Assembly: GCA_029552125.1 (NCBI GenBank)
Contig: JAKPEE010000091.1
Coordinates: 259 to 64,258 of the forward strand
DNA from: Bacillota bacterium
Lineage (GTDB): Bacteria > Bacillota > Dethiobacteria > DTU022
Direction of reading: 5' to 3'
DNA: 64,000 bases
Made by a program: the position numbers and the translations under genes. This document shows, one piece after another, positions 1 through 9,025 of this stretch (position 1 is its first letter; the number at the start of each line of letters is the position of its first letter). The notes beneath the pieces are model-generated. The model was not told the origin of the DNA, did not search any database, and saw nothing but the letters and a program-made list of their open reading frames with translations.

Positions 1-980
1 GGGGCTACGGCATCAGCGGTGCCATTCACGCCAACGGCAGCGTGGTCGCTCATAAGGATTTTCGCGGCGCCGCCGCCGTGATTCGCCTGGAGGAAGACGG
101 CAAGTTTACCCTCTTTACGGGCGAGCAGGATTACGGCCAGGGCACCCATACCGTCTTTGCCCAAATTGCCGCCCGGGTCTTAAATATCTCGCCGCAGGAT
201 ATAACCGTTTATTCCAAGGATACTGCGGTAATCCCTTACTCCCAGGGCGCTTTCGCCATGCGCCAGACGACGATCGGCGGCCATGCCGTGCGCCTGGCGG
301 CGGAAGATTTAAAACAGAAGATGGCCGGCCTGGCCGCAGAGTTGCTGGGCGCGGAAGCAGAGCTGTCAGGAGCTGTTTTCAGGACCCCTGGCGGTGCAGA
401 GCTGTCTCTGTCTGAAATCGCCTACCAGTGGCGCTGCCGCCACAACGGCCTGGCCATGACGGGCGAAGGCAACTACAATCCGCCCGGCTCCGCTTATGAC
501 AGCAGCGGCTACGGTAATATTGCCGTAACCTACTCTTTTGCCGCCCACGCCGCCGAGGTGGAGGTGGACCCGCAGACCGGCGCCCTGACCATTCACAAGA
601 TCGTGGCGGTGCACGATTCGGGAAAAATTATCAACTATACCACTGCCCTGGGCCAGGTTTTCGGGGGCGTAACCCAGGGCCTGGGCTATAGCTGCTTTGA
701 AGGATATCTCTTTGACGGCGGGCGGGTGCTCAACCCCGATTTCGCCACCTACCAGCTACCGACCGCCCTGGATGTGCCTCCGATCGAGCCCCTATTTATC
801 GACAGCGAAGATCCGGAAGGACCTTTCGGCGCCAAAGGCCTGGGTGAAATCGTCCAGGTGCCCCTTTTGGGAGCCCTCTCCTGCGCCGTGGCCGACGCCA
901 TCGGAACCCCGGTAACTTCGCTGCCCATGACGGCTGAAAAAATTTACCGGGCCGCCGCCGGAAAGGAGTGCTTGGAGTGA
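1..980 (+). CDS. Molybdopterin-binding large subunit of a xanthine dehydrogenase/aldehyde oxidoreductase-family enzyme. Only the C-terminal part is present; the 5' end lies outside the window.
   Basis: The frame is open from base 3 to TGA 978-980. C-terminal segments (AAHAAEVEVDPQTG, VHDSGKIIN, GPFGAKGLGE) look like Mo-hydroxylase large subunits. FAD and 2Fe-2S subunit genes follow with overlapping stop/start codons. Confidence 0.8.
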   Translation, partial: GYGISGAIHANGSVVAHKDFRGAAAVIRLEEDGKFTLFTGEQDYGQGTHTVFAQIAARVLNISPQDITVYSKDTAVIPYSQGAFAMRQTTIGGHAVRLAAEDLKQKMAGLAAELLGAEAELSGAVFRTPGGAELSLSEIAYQWRCRHNGLAMTGEGNYNPPGSAYDSSGYGNIAVTYSFAAHAAEVEVDPQTGALTIHKIVAVHDSGKIINYTTALGQVFGGVTQGLGYSCFEGYLFDGGRVLNPDFATYQLPTALDVPPIEPLFIDSEDPEGPFGAKGLGEIVQVPLLGALSCAVADAIGTPVTSLPMTAEKIYRAAAGKECLE

Positions 981-1846
981 GCTACCGCATCGCCAGAGAT
1001 CTGGAAGAGGCCCTGCAACTGCTGCGGGAGGGCCGCGGATCAGCCCGCATCATTGCCGGGGGGACCGACCTGTTTCTACAGGATCTGCCGGAGGCGCTGG
1101 TGGACCTGTCCGGCACCCCTGAAACACTCGGCATATGCGCAGAGGAAGAAATGTTGATTATCGGCGCCTGCGTGACCCATGCCGAAGCCGCCGCATCACC
1201 CCTGCTGCAGGAGGGCGCCACCGTCCTGGCCGAAGCCTGCGGGCAGGTGGGCTCTCCCCAGGTGCGCCACGCCGGCACCCTGGGCGGCAACGTGGTCAAC
1301 GCCGCCCCGGCGGCCGACGCCGCGGTAGGCCTGGTGGCCATGGGGGCCAGGGCGGTTATCGTGGACACCGCGGATGCCAGGCGGCAAGAGGCGGTGGAGA
1401 ATCTTTATGCAGACTATAACCGCTCCCGGGTGGACAGCAGCAGGGAGATTTTGCTGCACTTTGCCATGAGAAAGCACGGCCCCGGGGAGGGCTCCGCCTT
1501 TAAACGCTTTGCCTCTCGCAAATCCCTCTCCCTGCCCATGTTCAGCGTGGCCGCAGTGGTCCGCCTGGAGCAAGGGCTTTTACAGGAAGTGCGGCTGGTG
1601 GCCGCCCCGGTGAAGCCGGCTCCGACCCGCCTGCCGCAGGTGGAGCAGCGGCTGCAGGGCCTGCCTGCCTCCGGCGATACCTGGCGGCTGGCCGGCGAGC
1701 TGGTGCGGGAAGCGGTTACCGTGCGCGGCAGCACCCTGCGCTGCACGGCCGAGTATCGCCGCCACCTGGCGGGGGTGCTGGCGGAGCGGGCGCTGCAAGA
1801 AGCAGCCCGCCGCGCCGCAGGCTTGAAGGCAGGTGAAAGCAAGTGA
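977..1846 (+). CDS. FAD-binding (medium) subunit of the molybdopterin dehydrogenase (CoxM/XdhB-like)
   Basis: IAGGTDLF and GTLGGN motifs. GTG 977 overlaps the upstream TGA (GTGA), and an AAAGGAG RBS lies 8 nt upstream. An alternative in-frame GTG is at 968. Confidence 0.8.
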   Translation: MSYRIARDLEEALQLLREGRGSARIIAGGTDLFLQDLPEALVDLSGTPETLGICAEEEMLIIGACVTHAEAAASPLLQEGATVLAEACGQVGSPQVRHAGTLGGNVVNAAPAADAAVGLVAMGARAVIVDTADARRQEAVENLYADYNRSRVDSSREILLHFAMRKHGPGEGSAFKRFASRKSLSLPMFSVAAVVRLEQGLLQEVRLVAAPVKPAPTRLPQVEQRLQGLPASGDTWRLAGELVREAVTVRGSTLRCTAEYRRHLAGVLAERALQEAARRAAGLKAGESK

Positions 1847-2340
1847 AAAAACAGATCATCCGTTTCAGGTTAAATGATGAACCGGTGGAGCTGCTGGCTG
1901 ATCCGGCCCAAAGCCTGCTGCACCTGCTGCGCGAAGAGCTGGAGCTTACCGGAACCAAGGAAGGCTGCGGCCGGGGCGAATGCGGCGCCTGCACGGTGCT
2001 GCTGGACGGGCGGCCGGTAAACTCCTGCCTGGTTCCCGCCGGCAAGGTTGAAGGTAAACAAGTGATCACCATTGAGGGCTTGACCCGCTCCGGGGAGGCG
2101 CGCCCGCTGCAGGAAGCTTTCGTGGCTGCAGGGGCAGTGCAGTGCGGTTTCTGCACTCCGGGGATGATCATCTCAGCCTACGCTTTGTTGAAAGCCAACC
2201 CCAATCCTACCGCGGCAGAGATCAGGAGCGCCATTTCCGGGAACCTGTGCCGCTGCACCGGTTACAAACAGATTGAGCAGGCCGTGGCCATGGCGGCACA
2301 GCAGGGCCGCGGCAGCAGCACCACCACAAAGGAGAACTGA
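1843..2340 (+). CDS. [2Fe-2S]-binding small subunit of the molybdopterin dehydrogenase
   Basis: Two cysteine clusters are present: GCGRGECGACTV (plant-ferredoxin type) and CGFCTPG...CRCTGY. GTG 1843 overlaps the upstream stop. Confidence 0.9.
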   Translation: MKKQIIRFRLNDEPVELLADPAQSLLHLLREELELTGTKEGCGRGECGACTVLLDGRPVNSCLVPAGKVEGKQVITIEGLTRSGEARPLQEAFVAAGAVQCGFCTPGMIISAYALLKANPNPTAAEIRSAISGNLCRCTGYKQIEQAVAMAAQQGRGSSTTTKEN

Positions 2341-2342
2341 AG

Positions 2343-3779
2343 ATGCACGTAAACCAACGCTTCCAAAACACCCTGGGCTTGAATTTCTTCACGGAAGACC
2401 AGCTTGATCAGCTTCATTTTGCCACCCTCGATGTGCTGGAGCGGGTCGGGGTGCGGGTCCATGAGCCCGAATCACTGGAGCTGCTTCACGGCGGCGGGGC
2501 CAGCATAGACGGCAACCTGGTTAAAATACCGGCCTGGATGGTTCAGCAGGCTTTATCCACCGCGCCGGCAAAAGTCTCCCTGGCCACCAGGGACGGCCGG
2601 CGGGCCTTGGCCCTGGAAAAGGGCAACATTTATTACGGCACCGGCTCGGATACACCGTTTACCATTGATCTTGACACCGGTCAAAGAAGGCCGGCGGTCA
2701 AGCAGGACGTGGCCAACGCCGCGCTTCTTTCCGACGCCCTGGAGCATGTGGATTTTATCATGTCCCTGGGGCTGGCTTCAGATGTGCCGGCCGTCAACTC
2801 TGACGTTCACCAGTTTGAAGCGATGACTTTAAATACGGTCAAGCCGGTCTGTTTTACGGCCCACGGCCGTGAAGGGCTGCTGGAGATCATCGAAATCGCC
2901 AGCATCGCCGCCGGGGGGAAGGAGACCCTGGTGGAAAAGCCCTACCTGGTTCTCTACGCCGAGCCCACTTCGCCGCTGCAGCATACCCGGGAAGCCCTGG
3001 AAAAACTGTTGACCTGCGCTGCGGAGCGGCTGCCGGTAATCTATGCTCCCGCCGTGATGAGCGGCGCCACCGGGCCGGTCACCCTGGCCGGTGGCATAGT
3101 GGTGGCCAACGCAGAGATTCTCTCAGGGCTGGTGATCCACCAGCTTAAAGCGCCGGGCGCGCCCTTTATTTGCGGGGGAGGGGTGCCGCCCATGCACATG
3201 GCCCACTCCATCTGCTCTTACGGCGCCCCCGAGCGGGACCTGGGCTGCATCTCCCTGGTCCGGCTGGCCCAGTATTACCGCCTGCCCGTATTTACCACCG
3301 CCGGCTGCAGCGATGCCCATGTTTTCGACCAGCAGGCGGGCATGGAGGTTGGATTCAACCTGCTCATCTCCGGGCTGGCGGGGGGCAACCTGATCCACGA
3401 CCTCGGCTATATCGGGGTGGGCATGACCTCTTGCCTGGAGCACCTGCTTTTGTGCAATGAAACGGTCGGTGCGGTGAAGCACCTGCTGCGCGGTGTAGCC
3501 ATAACCCCCGAAACCCTGGCCCTGGACCTGATCGAAAAGGTCGGCCCCGGGGGACATTTTTTAAGTGAAGAGCATACGGCCAGGCACTTTCGCCGGGAGA
3601 TGTATTTCCCGAAAGTATTGAACCGGAATAATTATGACGGCTGGCTGGCTGAAGGCGGTAAAAGCTTCGGCGAAAGGGCCAACGAGGTAGTCAAAGAAAT
3701 CCTGGCCCATCATAAACCCCCGGCTTTGCCGCCGGAGCGGGAAGCGGAAATCCGCCGCGTGGCTGCCCGCCGGGGTTGA
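2343..3779 (+). CDS. MttB-superfamily (trimethylamine methyltransferase family) methyltransferase, pyrrolysine-free type
   Basis: 478 aa, with an AAGGAGA RBS. The length and C-terminal block (GHFLSEEHTARHFRREMYFPKVLNR..YDGW) are typical of the MttB family. The frame is uninterrupted, with no in-frame TAG. Confidence 0.8.
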   Translation: MHVNQRFQNTLGLNFFTEDQLDQLHFATLDVLERVGVRVHEPESLELLHGGGASIDGNLVKIPAWMVQQALSTAPAKVSLATRDGRRALALEKGNIYYGTGSDTPFTIDLDTGQRRPAVKQDVANAALLSDALEHVDFIMSLGLASDVPAVNSDVHQFEAMTLNTVKPVCFTAHGREGLLEIIEIASIAAGGKETLVEKPYLVLYAEPTSPLQHTREALEKLLTCAAERLPVIYAPAVMSGATGPVTLAGGIVVANAEILSGLVIHQLKAPGAPFICGGGVPPMHMAHSICSYGAPERDLGCISLVRLAQYYRLPVFTTAGCSDAHVFDQQAGMEVGFNLLISGLAGGNLIHDLGYIGVGMTSCLEHLLLCNETVGAVKHLLRGVAITPETLALDLIEKVGPGGHFLSEEHTARHFRREMYFPKVLNRNNYDGWLAEGGKSFGERANEVVKEILAHHKPPALPPEREAEIRRVAARRG

Positions 3780-4125
3780 TAAATTAAAACCGGGGTTGGC
3801 GGCAGGGCCTGTAATTTTTCGGGTAAAAAAACAATCGCCAAACACATACTAACTACAGCGAACCAGGCCAGTAATGGCCATGGCGGGCGAGCTTGCGCAA
3901 TGCGGCACTCTCCCATGGGCGTATGGTTAATTGAGACGGCCTCGCCTGCCATTAACAGCGATCTTTCCTTTCACTGCGGTACAAATTATCTCCGGATCTG
4001 TGGCCGCAGCAGGGATGACGCCGCCCCTTGGAGAATAATACCTCCATTGCCCGTTAGCGGAAGGGGCAGCGCTTGGTGGCGGTTGGCTAAAGCGCGAAAA
4101 ATAATATTTACAGGAGTGATCAGAG

Positions 4126-4929
4126 ATGCTCATCGTCGGAGAAAAAATCAATACCAGCCGAAAAGAAGCCAGGGAAGCCGTAGAAAAAAGGGATGCCGCA
4201 TTTATCCGCAGCCTGGCCCGGCGCCAGGCCGAAGCGGGTGCCCATTACATCGACGTTAACTGCGGTACTTTCCTCAAAGAAGAACCGGAGCTCTTGAGCT
4301 GGTTGGTGCAGGAAGTGCAGCAGGAGCTGGATAACGCCCCCCTCTGCATCGACAGCCCCAACCCTGTTGCCGTGGAAGCGGCGCTAAAAGTCCATCAGGG
4401 TAAAGCCATGCTTAATTCCATTAGCGGGGAGAAGGAACGCTACGAAGCCCTTCTGCCGCTGGTGGTGCAGTACGGCTGCAAAGTGGTAGTGCTGTGCATG
4501 GATGACCAGGCCGGCATCCCGCCGGACGCGGCCACCCGTTTCAAGATCGCTTCCCGGATCATTGACGGGCTCACAGCCAAAGGAGTCAAGGTGGAAGACA
4601 TTTACGTGGACCCGTTGATTCAACCGATCAGTGTTGATACTAAAAACGGCCTTGCCGCCGCTGAAACCATCCGTATGGTCAAAGAAAGCTATCCCGGAGT
4701 GCACGCCATCTGCGGCCTCAGCAACATCTCTTTCGGTTTGCCGGAGCGCAAGCTCTTAAACCAGGCTTACCTGGTCGTCTGCGCCACCTACGGCCTGGAC
4801 GCGGTGATCCTGGACCCGGAAGATAAAAGGATCATGGCCCTGGTGTACGCCTCCGAGGCGCTGCTGAACCGGGATCCCTATTGCGGCGAGTATCTTAAGG
4901 CTTACCGCAAGGGTTTTTTGAAGATGTAG
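4126..4929 (+). CDS. Methyltetrahydrofolate:corrinoid methyltransferase (pterin-binding, MtgA/AcsE/MtrH-like)
   Basis: 267 aa. The N-terminus IVGEKINTSRK....YIDVNCG and the LNSISGE block are typical of pterin-binding methyl-THF methyltransferases. An AGGAG RBS is present. Confidence 0.8.
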   Translation: MLIVGEKINTSRKEAREAVEKRDAAFIRSLARRQAEAGAHYIDVNCGTFLKEEPELLSWLVQEVQQELDNAPLCIDSPNPVAVEAALKVHQGKAMLNSISGEKERYEALLPLVVQYGCKVVVLCMDDQAGIPPDAATRFKIASRIIDGLTAKGVKVEDIYVDPLIQPISVDTKNGLAAAETIRMVKESYPGVHAICGLSNISFGLPERKLLNQAYLVVCATYGLDAVILDPEDKRIMALVYASEALLNRDPYCGEYLKAYRKGFLKM

Positions 4930-4993
4930 GGGGAAGAAGAAGACAGAATACAGGAGACAGGAGAACCGGGTAGCAGGATTTAGACGGTCCAAA

Positions 4994-5018
4994 GAATTGA
5001 TAATCCAGAATTCAGAAG
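4994..5018. repeat. Copy of a short dispersed repeat (gaattNaNaatccagaa core) that also forms the inverted ends of the element at 33381-33564
   Basis: gaattgataatccagaa (4994-5010) matches gaattcagaatccagaa (33386-33402) at 15/17. The neighbouring gtagcagga...caaagaat strings are also shared between the two intergenic regions. Confidence 0.5.
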
Positions 5019-5042
5019 AAAAGGTTAAAACCGCGGTCCATA

Positions 5043-5071
5043 CTCCCCTTCCCCTTCGCGGGGGAGGGGAG
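5043..5071. other. Very stable G/C hairpin in an ORF-free spacer
   Basis: ctccccttcccc (5043-5054) pairs with gggggaggggag (5060-5071): 12 bp including one G:U, with a 5-nt loop. No U-tract follows, so it is not a canonical terminator. Confidence 0.5.
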
Positions 5072-5413
5072 ACTCGGGAATAGGATACAGGAAATAAGAT
5101 AAAAGCGGGAGTCAAAAATTCCTTCTCCCATGTGGAAGAGAGCTGGAGGGGCAGTAGCAGGCAGAGAAAGCAGCCAAGAGAAACGCAAGCTGTCACAATT
5201 GCCCCTTTTTCCCTTAAAGAAAGAACCCGGCGGAAGGTTTCTCATCAGTTTTCTCCTCCCTTTTCCAGGGGGGGCCGGAGAAGAATGTTAAACATGGTGT
5301 GAAGATAGCGCAGGGAGCAGGAGCGGGGCGCAGACCGCGCCTACCGGTACGGGTCGGGGCGCGGCGTGCTGCGCCCGTTGTATTAATACATTTCCAGGCC
5401 AGGTGAGAATCTT

Positions 5414-6037
5414 ATGTTGATCGAGTTAACTGTTAACCGGTTTGTGCAGGAAATTGCCTCCGCTTCTCCGGCGCCGGGAGGGGGCAGCGTTGCCGCCCTG
5501 GCCGGCGCCCAGGCGGCCGCATTAATATCAATGTACTGTAATTTGAGCCTGAACCGGGAGAAATACGGAGACGCGGTGGACAACCTGGAAGAGGCCGGGG
5601 CAAAGGCCCGGGCCCTTGCTGAAAAGTTATTGCAGGCCATAGACGAGGATACCGCCGCCTTCAACCGGGTTATGGAGGCTTACCGCCTGCCCAGGGGAAC
5701 CGCTGCAGAAAAGGCGCGGCGCAGCGAGGCCATCCAGGAGGCTTATATCATGGCGGCAAAAGTTCCTTTACATACGGCGGAGATTTGCCTGCAGCTACTG
5801 GAGCTGGTAAAAGAGGTGGCCGGCCGGGGCAACCCGGCGGCAGTGACCGACCTGGGCGTGGGCAACCTGCAGGCCCTGGCCGGGCTGACCGGTGCCTGTT
5901 ACAACGTGCAGATTAACCTCGGTTCCATCAAAGATACTAAAATCAAGGGACAACTATCGGAGCAGGTCGTCCGCATCCTTGCCTCCGGCCGCGAGATTTT
6001 TGACGGGAACCGTATCTCTATCGAGCAGAGCATTTAA
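5414..6037 (+). CDS. Formimidoyltetrahydrofolate cyclodeaminase (FTCD C-terminal-type, stand-alone)
   Basis: 207 aa. The FVQEIASASPAPGGGSVAALAGAQAAAL signature of the cyclodeaminase domain is present. Confidence 0.85.
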   Translation: MLIELTVNRFVQEIASASPAPGGGSVAALAGAQAAALISMYCNLSLNREKYGDAVDNLEEAGAKARALAEKLLQAIDEDTAAFNRVMEAYRLPRGTAAEKARRSEAIQEAYIMAAKVPLHTAEICLQLLELVKEVAGRGNPAAVTDLGVGNLQALAGLTGACYNVQINLGSIKDTKIKGQLSEQVVRILASGREIFDGNRISIEQSI

Positions 6038-6054
6038 GGCGGGAGGCGGCTGAA

Positions 6055-6948
6055 ATGAAAGAAATCATTGAATGTGTCCCCAACTTCAGCGAAGGGCGCC
6101 GCCGCGAGGTGGTAGAGGCGCTGGTGCAGGAGATTAGGGGCGTAAGCGGTGTTTCTGTCCTGGATTATTCCCTGGATTATGACCACAACCGCTGTGTGAT
6201 CACCTTTGTCGGTGAAGGCGGCGCGGTGCTGGAAGGGGCTTTCCGCGGTGCACGCAAAGCGCTGGAACTGATCGACCTGCGCAAGCATAAAGGCGGCCAC
6301 CCGCGCATGGGCGCCACGGACGTGATCCCCTTCATCCCCATCGAGGGTGCTGACATGGACAGATGTATCGCCCTGGCGCGGCAACTGGGGCGGCGGATTG
6401 CCGAAGAGCTGTCTATACCGGTTTTTCTCTATGAAGAGGCCGCCACCGCGCCGGAGCGGCGCAACCTGGCTGTCCTGCGGGCCGGACAGTTCGAAGGGCT
6501 CCAGGAAGCCATGGATCGCGGCAGAATCCCCGATTTCGGCCCGGCCAGGATCCATCCCACGGCCGGGGCCACGGCGGTGGGCGCGCGCCGCCCCCTGGTG
6601 GCCTTTAATGTCAACCTGACCACGGCGGATGTAAGCGTGGCCAAAAAAATTGCCGCAGCGGTGCGCGAGCGCGGCGGCGGCCTGTGCAACGTCAAAGCCC
6701 TGGGCATCTACCTGGAAGACGAAAAGAAGGCCCAGGTAACCATGAATCTGGTTAACTGCGAGGCCACGCCCATCCACCGCGTCCTGGAGTTAATCAGGGC
6801 CGAAGCGGCCCGCTACGGCGCGGGCATAGCGGAGACTGAGGTGGTGGGCCTGATACCGCGGCAGTATCTCCTTGACGCCGCCCTGCACTACCTGCAACTC
6901 AACCGTTTCTCCCCGGACCAGATTCTCGAAAACCGGATCAACAAGTAG
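6055..6948 (+). CDS. Glutamate formimidoyltransferase
   Basis: 297 aa. The N-terminus IIECVPNFSEGRR and the block GGHPRMGATDVIPFIP are characteristic of the family. Confidence 0.9.
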   Translation: MKEIIECVPNFSEGRRREVVEALVQEIRGVSGVSVLDYSLDYDHNRCVITFVGEGGAVLEGAFRGARKALELIDLRKHKGGHPRMGATDVIPFIPIEGADMDRCIALARQLGRRIAEELSIPVFLYEEAATAPERRNLAVLRAGQFEGLQEAMDRGRIPDFGPARIHPTAGATAVGARRPLVAFNVNLTTADVSVAKKIAAAVRERGGGLCNVKALGIYLEDEKKAQVTMNLVNCEATPIHRVLELIRAEAARYGAGIAETEVVGLIPRQYLLDAALHYLQLNRFSPDQILENRINK

Positions 6949-6991
6949 GGTAAGCTCCGATCTCTTACAAGAACAATGGGAGGATGGATCG

Positions 6992-8248
6992 ATGCTGCAA
7001 GCAGACCTGTTAATAAAAAATGCGGCCCAGCTTTTAACCATGGCCGGGCATAGTAAAGAGCCCAAACGGGGTGCTGAACTGGCCGATCCCGGCATCATCA
7101 CCGGTGGGGCCGTGGCCGCCTTTGACGGCGTAATTGTAGCCGTGGGGCCGACGGAACAGGTAGAAGAGGAAGTAGAACTTTTACCCCATGCCCGGGTTTA
7201 CGACGCCTGGGGCAAGGTGGTGGCGCCCTGCTTTGTTGAGCCCCACACCCATATCGTTTTTGGCGGCAGCCGCCAGAATGAATTTGTGATGCGGCTGCAG
7301 GGGAAGAGCTACCTGGAGATCATGCAGGCCGGCGGGGGGATCGTCAATTCAGTCAAGGCCACCGCCGCCGCTTCCGATGCGGAGTTGCTGGAGACCGCCC
7401 GCCGCCGCCTCGACCACTTTGCCCGGCATGGTGTCGGCACCGTGGAGGTGAAAAGCGGTTACGGCCTTTCCGTGGCCGAAGAGCTGCGCATGCTGCGGGT
7501 GATTCGCAAACTGGACGCCCTACACCCCCTGGACCTGGTGCCCACATTCCTGGGAGCCCACGCTTTCCCGAAAGAATACCGCGGGCGGGAAGAGGAATAT
7601 GTAGATCTGGTAGTCGAAGAAATGATCCCCCGGGTGGCTGAAGAAAAGCTGGCCCGCTTTTGCGATGTTTTTTGCGATGTGGGCGTGTTCACGGTGGAGC
7701 AGTCGCGGCGCATCCTCGAGGCAGGCAAGCGTTACGGGCTGCTGCCGAAATTACATGCCGACGAGCTGGCCTCCTTCGGCGGGGCCGAGCTGGCGGCGGA
7801 AATGGGGGCCGTGTCGGCGGATCACCTGCTCAAGGCTTCACCGGAGGGAATAAAAGCCCTGGCCGAAGCCGGCGTTATCGCCGTGCTGCTGCCCGGTACG
7901 GCTTTCTTTCTTAATGAAGAATACGCACCGGCGCGGCAAATGATCGAGCAGGGCGTGGCCGTGGCCCTCTCCACGGACAGAAATCCCGGCTCTTCGCCCA
8001 CCGAGGCCACCCACCTGATCCTGACCCTGGCCTGCATCAAAATGAAAATGCTGCCGGCGGAAGCCTTATGCGCCGCCACCATTAACGCCGCCCATGCCAT
8101 CGGAATGGCTCACCGGGTCGGCAGCCTCGAAACAGGCAAGCAGGCGGATGTGGTGATTATCGACGCCCCGGACTGCAATTACATTCCCTATCACTTCGGC
8201 ACCAGCCTGGTGGAGGCGGTGTTTAAAAAAGGAAGGAAGATTAAATGA
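6992..8248 (+). CDS. hutI: Imidazolonepropionase
   Basis: ATG 6992 follows a GGGAGG RBS; the ORF-track start at 6872 is probably too long. Amidohydrolase metal motif EPHTHIVFGGSR, and the HADE / SADHL / DRNPGS blocks. The last ~8 codons are AT-rich. Confidence 0.9.
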   Translation: MLQADLLIKNAAQLLTMAGHSKEPKRGAELADPGIITGGAVAAFDGVIVAVGPTEQVEEEVELLPHARVYDAWGKVVAPCFVEPHTHIVFGGSRQNEFVMRLQGKSYLEIMQAGGGIVNSVKATAAASDAELLETARRRLDHFARHGVGTVEVKSGYGLSVAEELRMLRVIRKLDALHPLDLVPTFLGAHAFPKEYRGREEEYVDLVVEEMIPRVAEEKLARFCDVFCDVGVFTVEQSRRILEAGKRYGLLPKLHADELASFGGAELAAEMGAVSADHLLKASPEGIKALAEAGVIAVLLPGTAFFLNEEYAPARQMIEQGVAVALSTDRNPGSSPTEATHLILTLACIKMKMLPAEALCAATINAAHAIGMAHRVGSLETGKQADVVIIDAPDCNYIPYHFGTSLVEAVFKKGRKIK

Positions 8249-8359
8249 GATGATTTAATCCTATATATAACATACGTCCTGAAAAATTTTTACTTTTTAA
8301 TAAAGGAGAATTTTGGAGTTTTATAGAATAAGTTACACAAAGAATAGGAGGTAAAGATT

Positions 8360-8557
8360 ATGTCAAAGGAATATATACCATTAGTTATTAAACTTAATCT
8401 AAAAAATCCTATTCCCTATAATTCTAAAAATGTAGATGAAGTTGTAAGTAGAATTAAAAGCGTATACAATTTTAAAAGTATTGAAATTAGCGAGGATGAA
8501 GTGTCACTTAATGATTGTATTCCAATTATAAATGTTAAAATGGAAAAAAAGAAATAG
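8360..8557 (+). CDS. Hypothetical small protein (65 aa), first gene of the AT-rich cassette
   Basis: ATG is preceded by a perfect AGGAGG RBS with a 7-8 nt spacer. Codon usage matches the cassette. I recognise no motif. Confidence 0.55.
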   Translation: MSKEYIPLVIKLNLKNPIPYNSKNVDEVVSRIKSVYNFKSIEISEDEVSLNDCIPIINVKMEKKK

Positions 8558-8571
8558 AAGTAGTAGTTTTC

Positions 8572-9012
8572 ATGTCAGAACGTCAAAATTACATGGAGAA
8601 AATTACTAATATTTTAGAATTAATTGATGAATCAATATGGGAAAAAAGCAACGTAATTCAAAATATGGAAATTATAAGTATGATAAGCGGGCTAGAAAAT
8701 ACAGATATTCTGGAATTTTTTTTAGATACTAGAGATTATTCACAATTTGGTAATATTATCAAATCTACTTTGCGCTTTGAAGTTGAGATTGATAAGAAAG
8801 TGTTATCATTTTTATTTAATTATACTAATGAAACCTCCGCATTAACAAATATTGGCATAAATTATGACTCATTTTTTCATAATAAGGAAGAATTTTGCAA
8901 ACAAACGAACGAACTGAGGCAATATCTAGAAGATAAGATGAGATTATATTTAACTACAGTATGCAAAGGAAACTATCAATTTATAAATCTCGATGAGATA
9001 AAAATAAAATAA
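8572..9012 (+). CDS. Hypothetical acidic protein (146 aa), second gene of the AT-rich cassette
   Basis: It starts 14 nt after the gene A stop, on the same strand and with the same composition. No recognisable motif, and the RBS is weak. Confidence 0.55.
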   Translation: MSERQNYMEKITNILELIDESIWEKSNVIQNMEIISMISGLENTDILEFFLDTRDYSQFGNIIKSTLRFEVEIDKKVLSFLFNYTNETSALTNIGINYDSFFHNKEEFCKQTNELRQYLEDKMRLYLTTVCKGNYQFINLDEIKIK

Positions 9013-9025
9013 AGGGAGATTTGAC

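Noticed and set aside
3780-4125. Possible cobalamin or THF riboswitch in the ORF-free spacer upstream of the methyl-THF:corrinoid methyltransferase gene
   Set aside because: I looked for the B12 box (…AGYCMGGAGACCKGCC…), the GCCACTG element and the GGTG..AATCC core. I also looked for THF-riboswitch blocks. Only loose resemblances turned up (gcggcactctcccatggg; gagacggcctcgcctgcc; agggatgacgcc), which is not enough without a covariance-model scan. The spacer is kept only as part of a finding.
6034-6777. Long antisense or overlapping ORFs in the GC-rich part of the window. Examples: 6034-6777(-), 1414-1842(-), 11372-11974(-), 14370-14990(-), 15168-16058(-), 20161-20991(-), 25021-25779(-), 29380-30351(+), 31670-32578(-), 37459-38139(-).
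   Set aside because: They lie inside genes with clear family signatures on the other strand or frame. They lack RBSs, and their products are Arg/Pro/Gly/Ala-rich with low complexity. These are typical shadow ORFs of roughly 60% G+C DNA.
8249-8359. A specific sigma-70 promoter for the AT-rich cassette
   Set aside because: The 111-nt leader is so AT-rich that many hexamers resemble -10 elements (for example tagaat at 8324-8329). I could not find a convincing -35/-10 pair with proper spacing, so no promoter feature is called.
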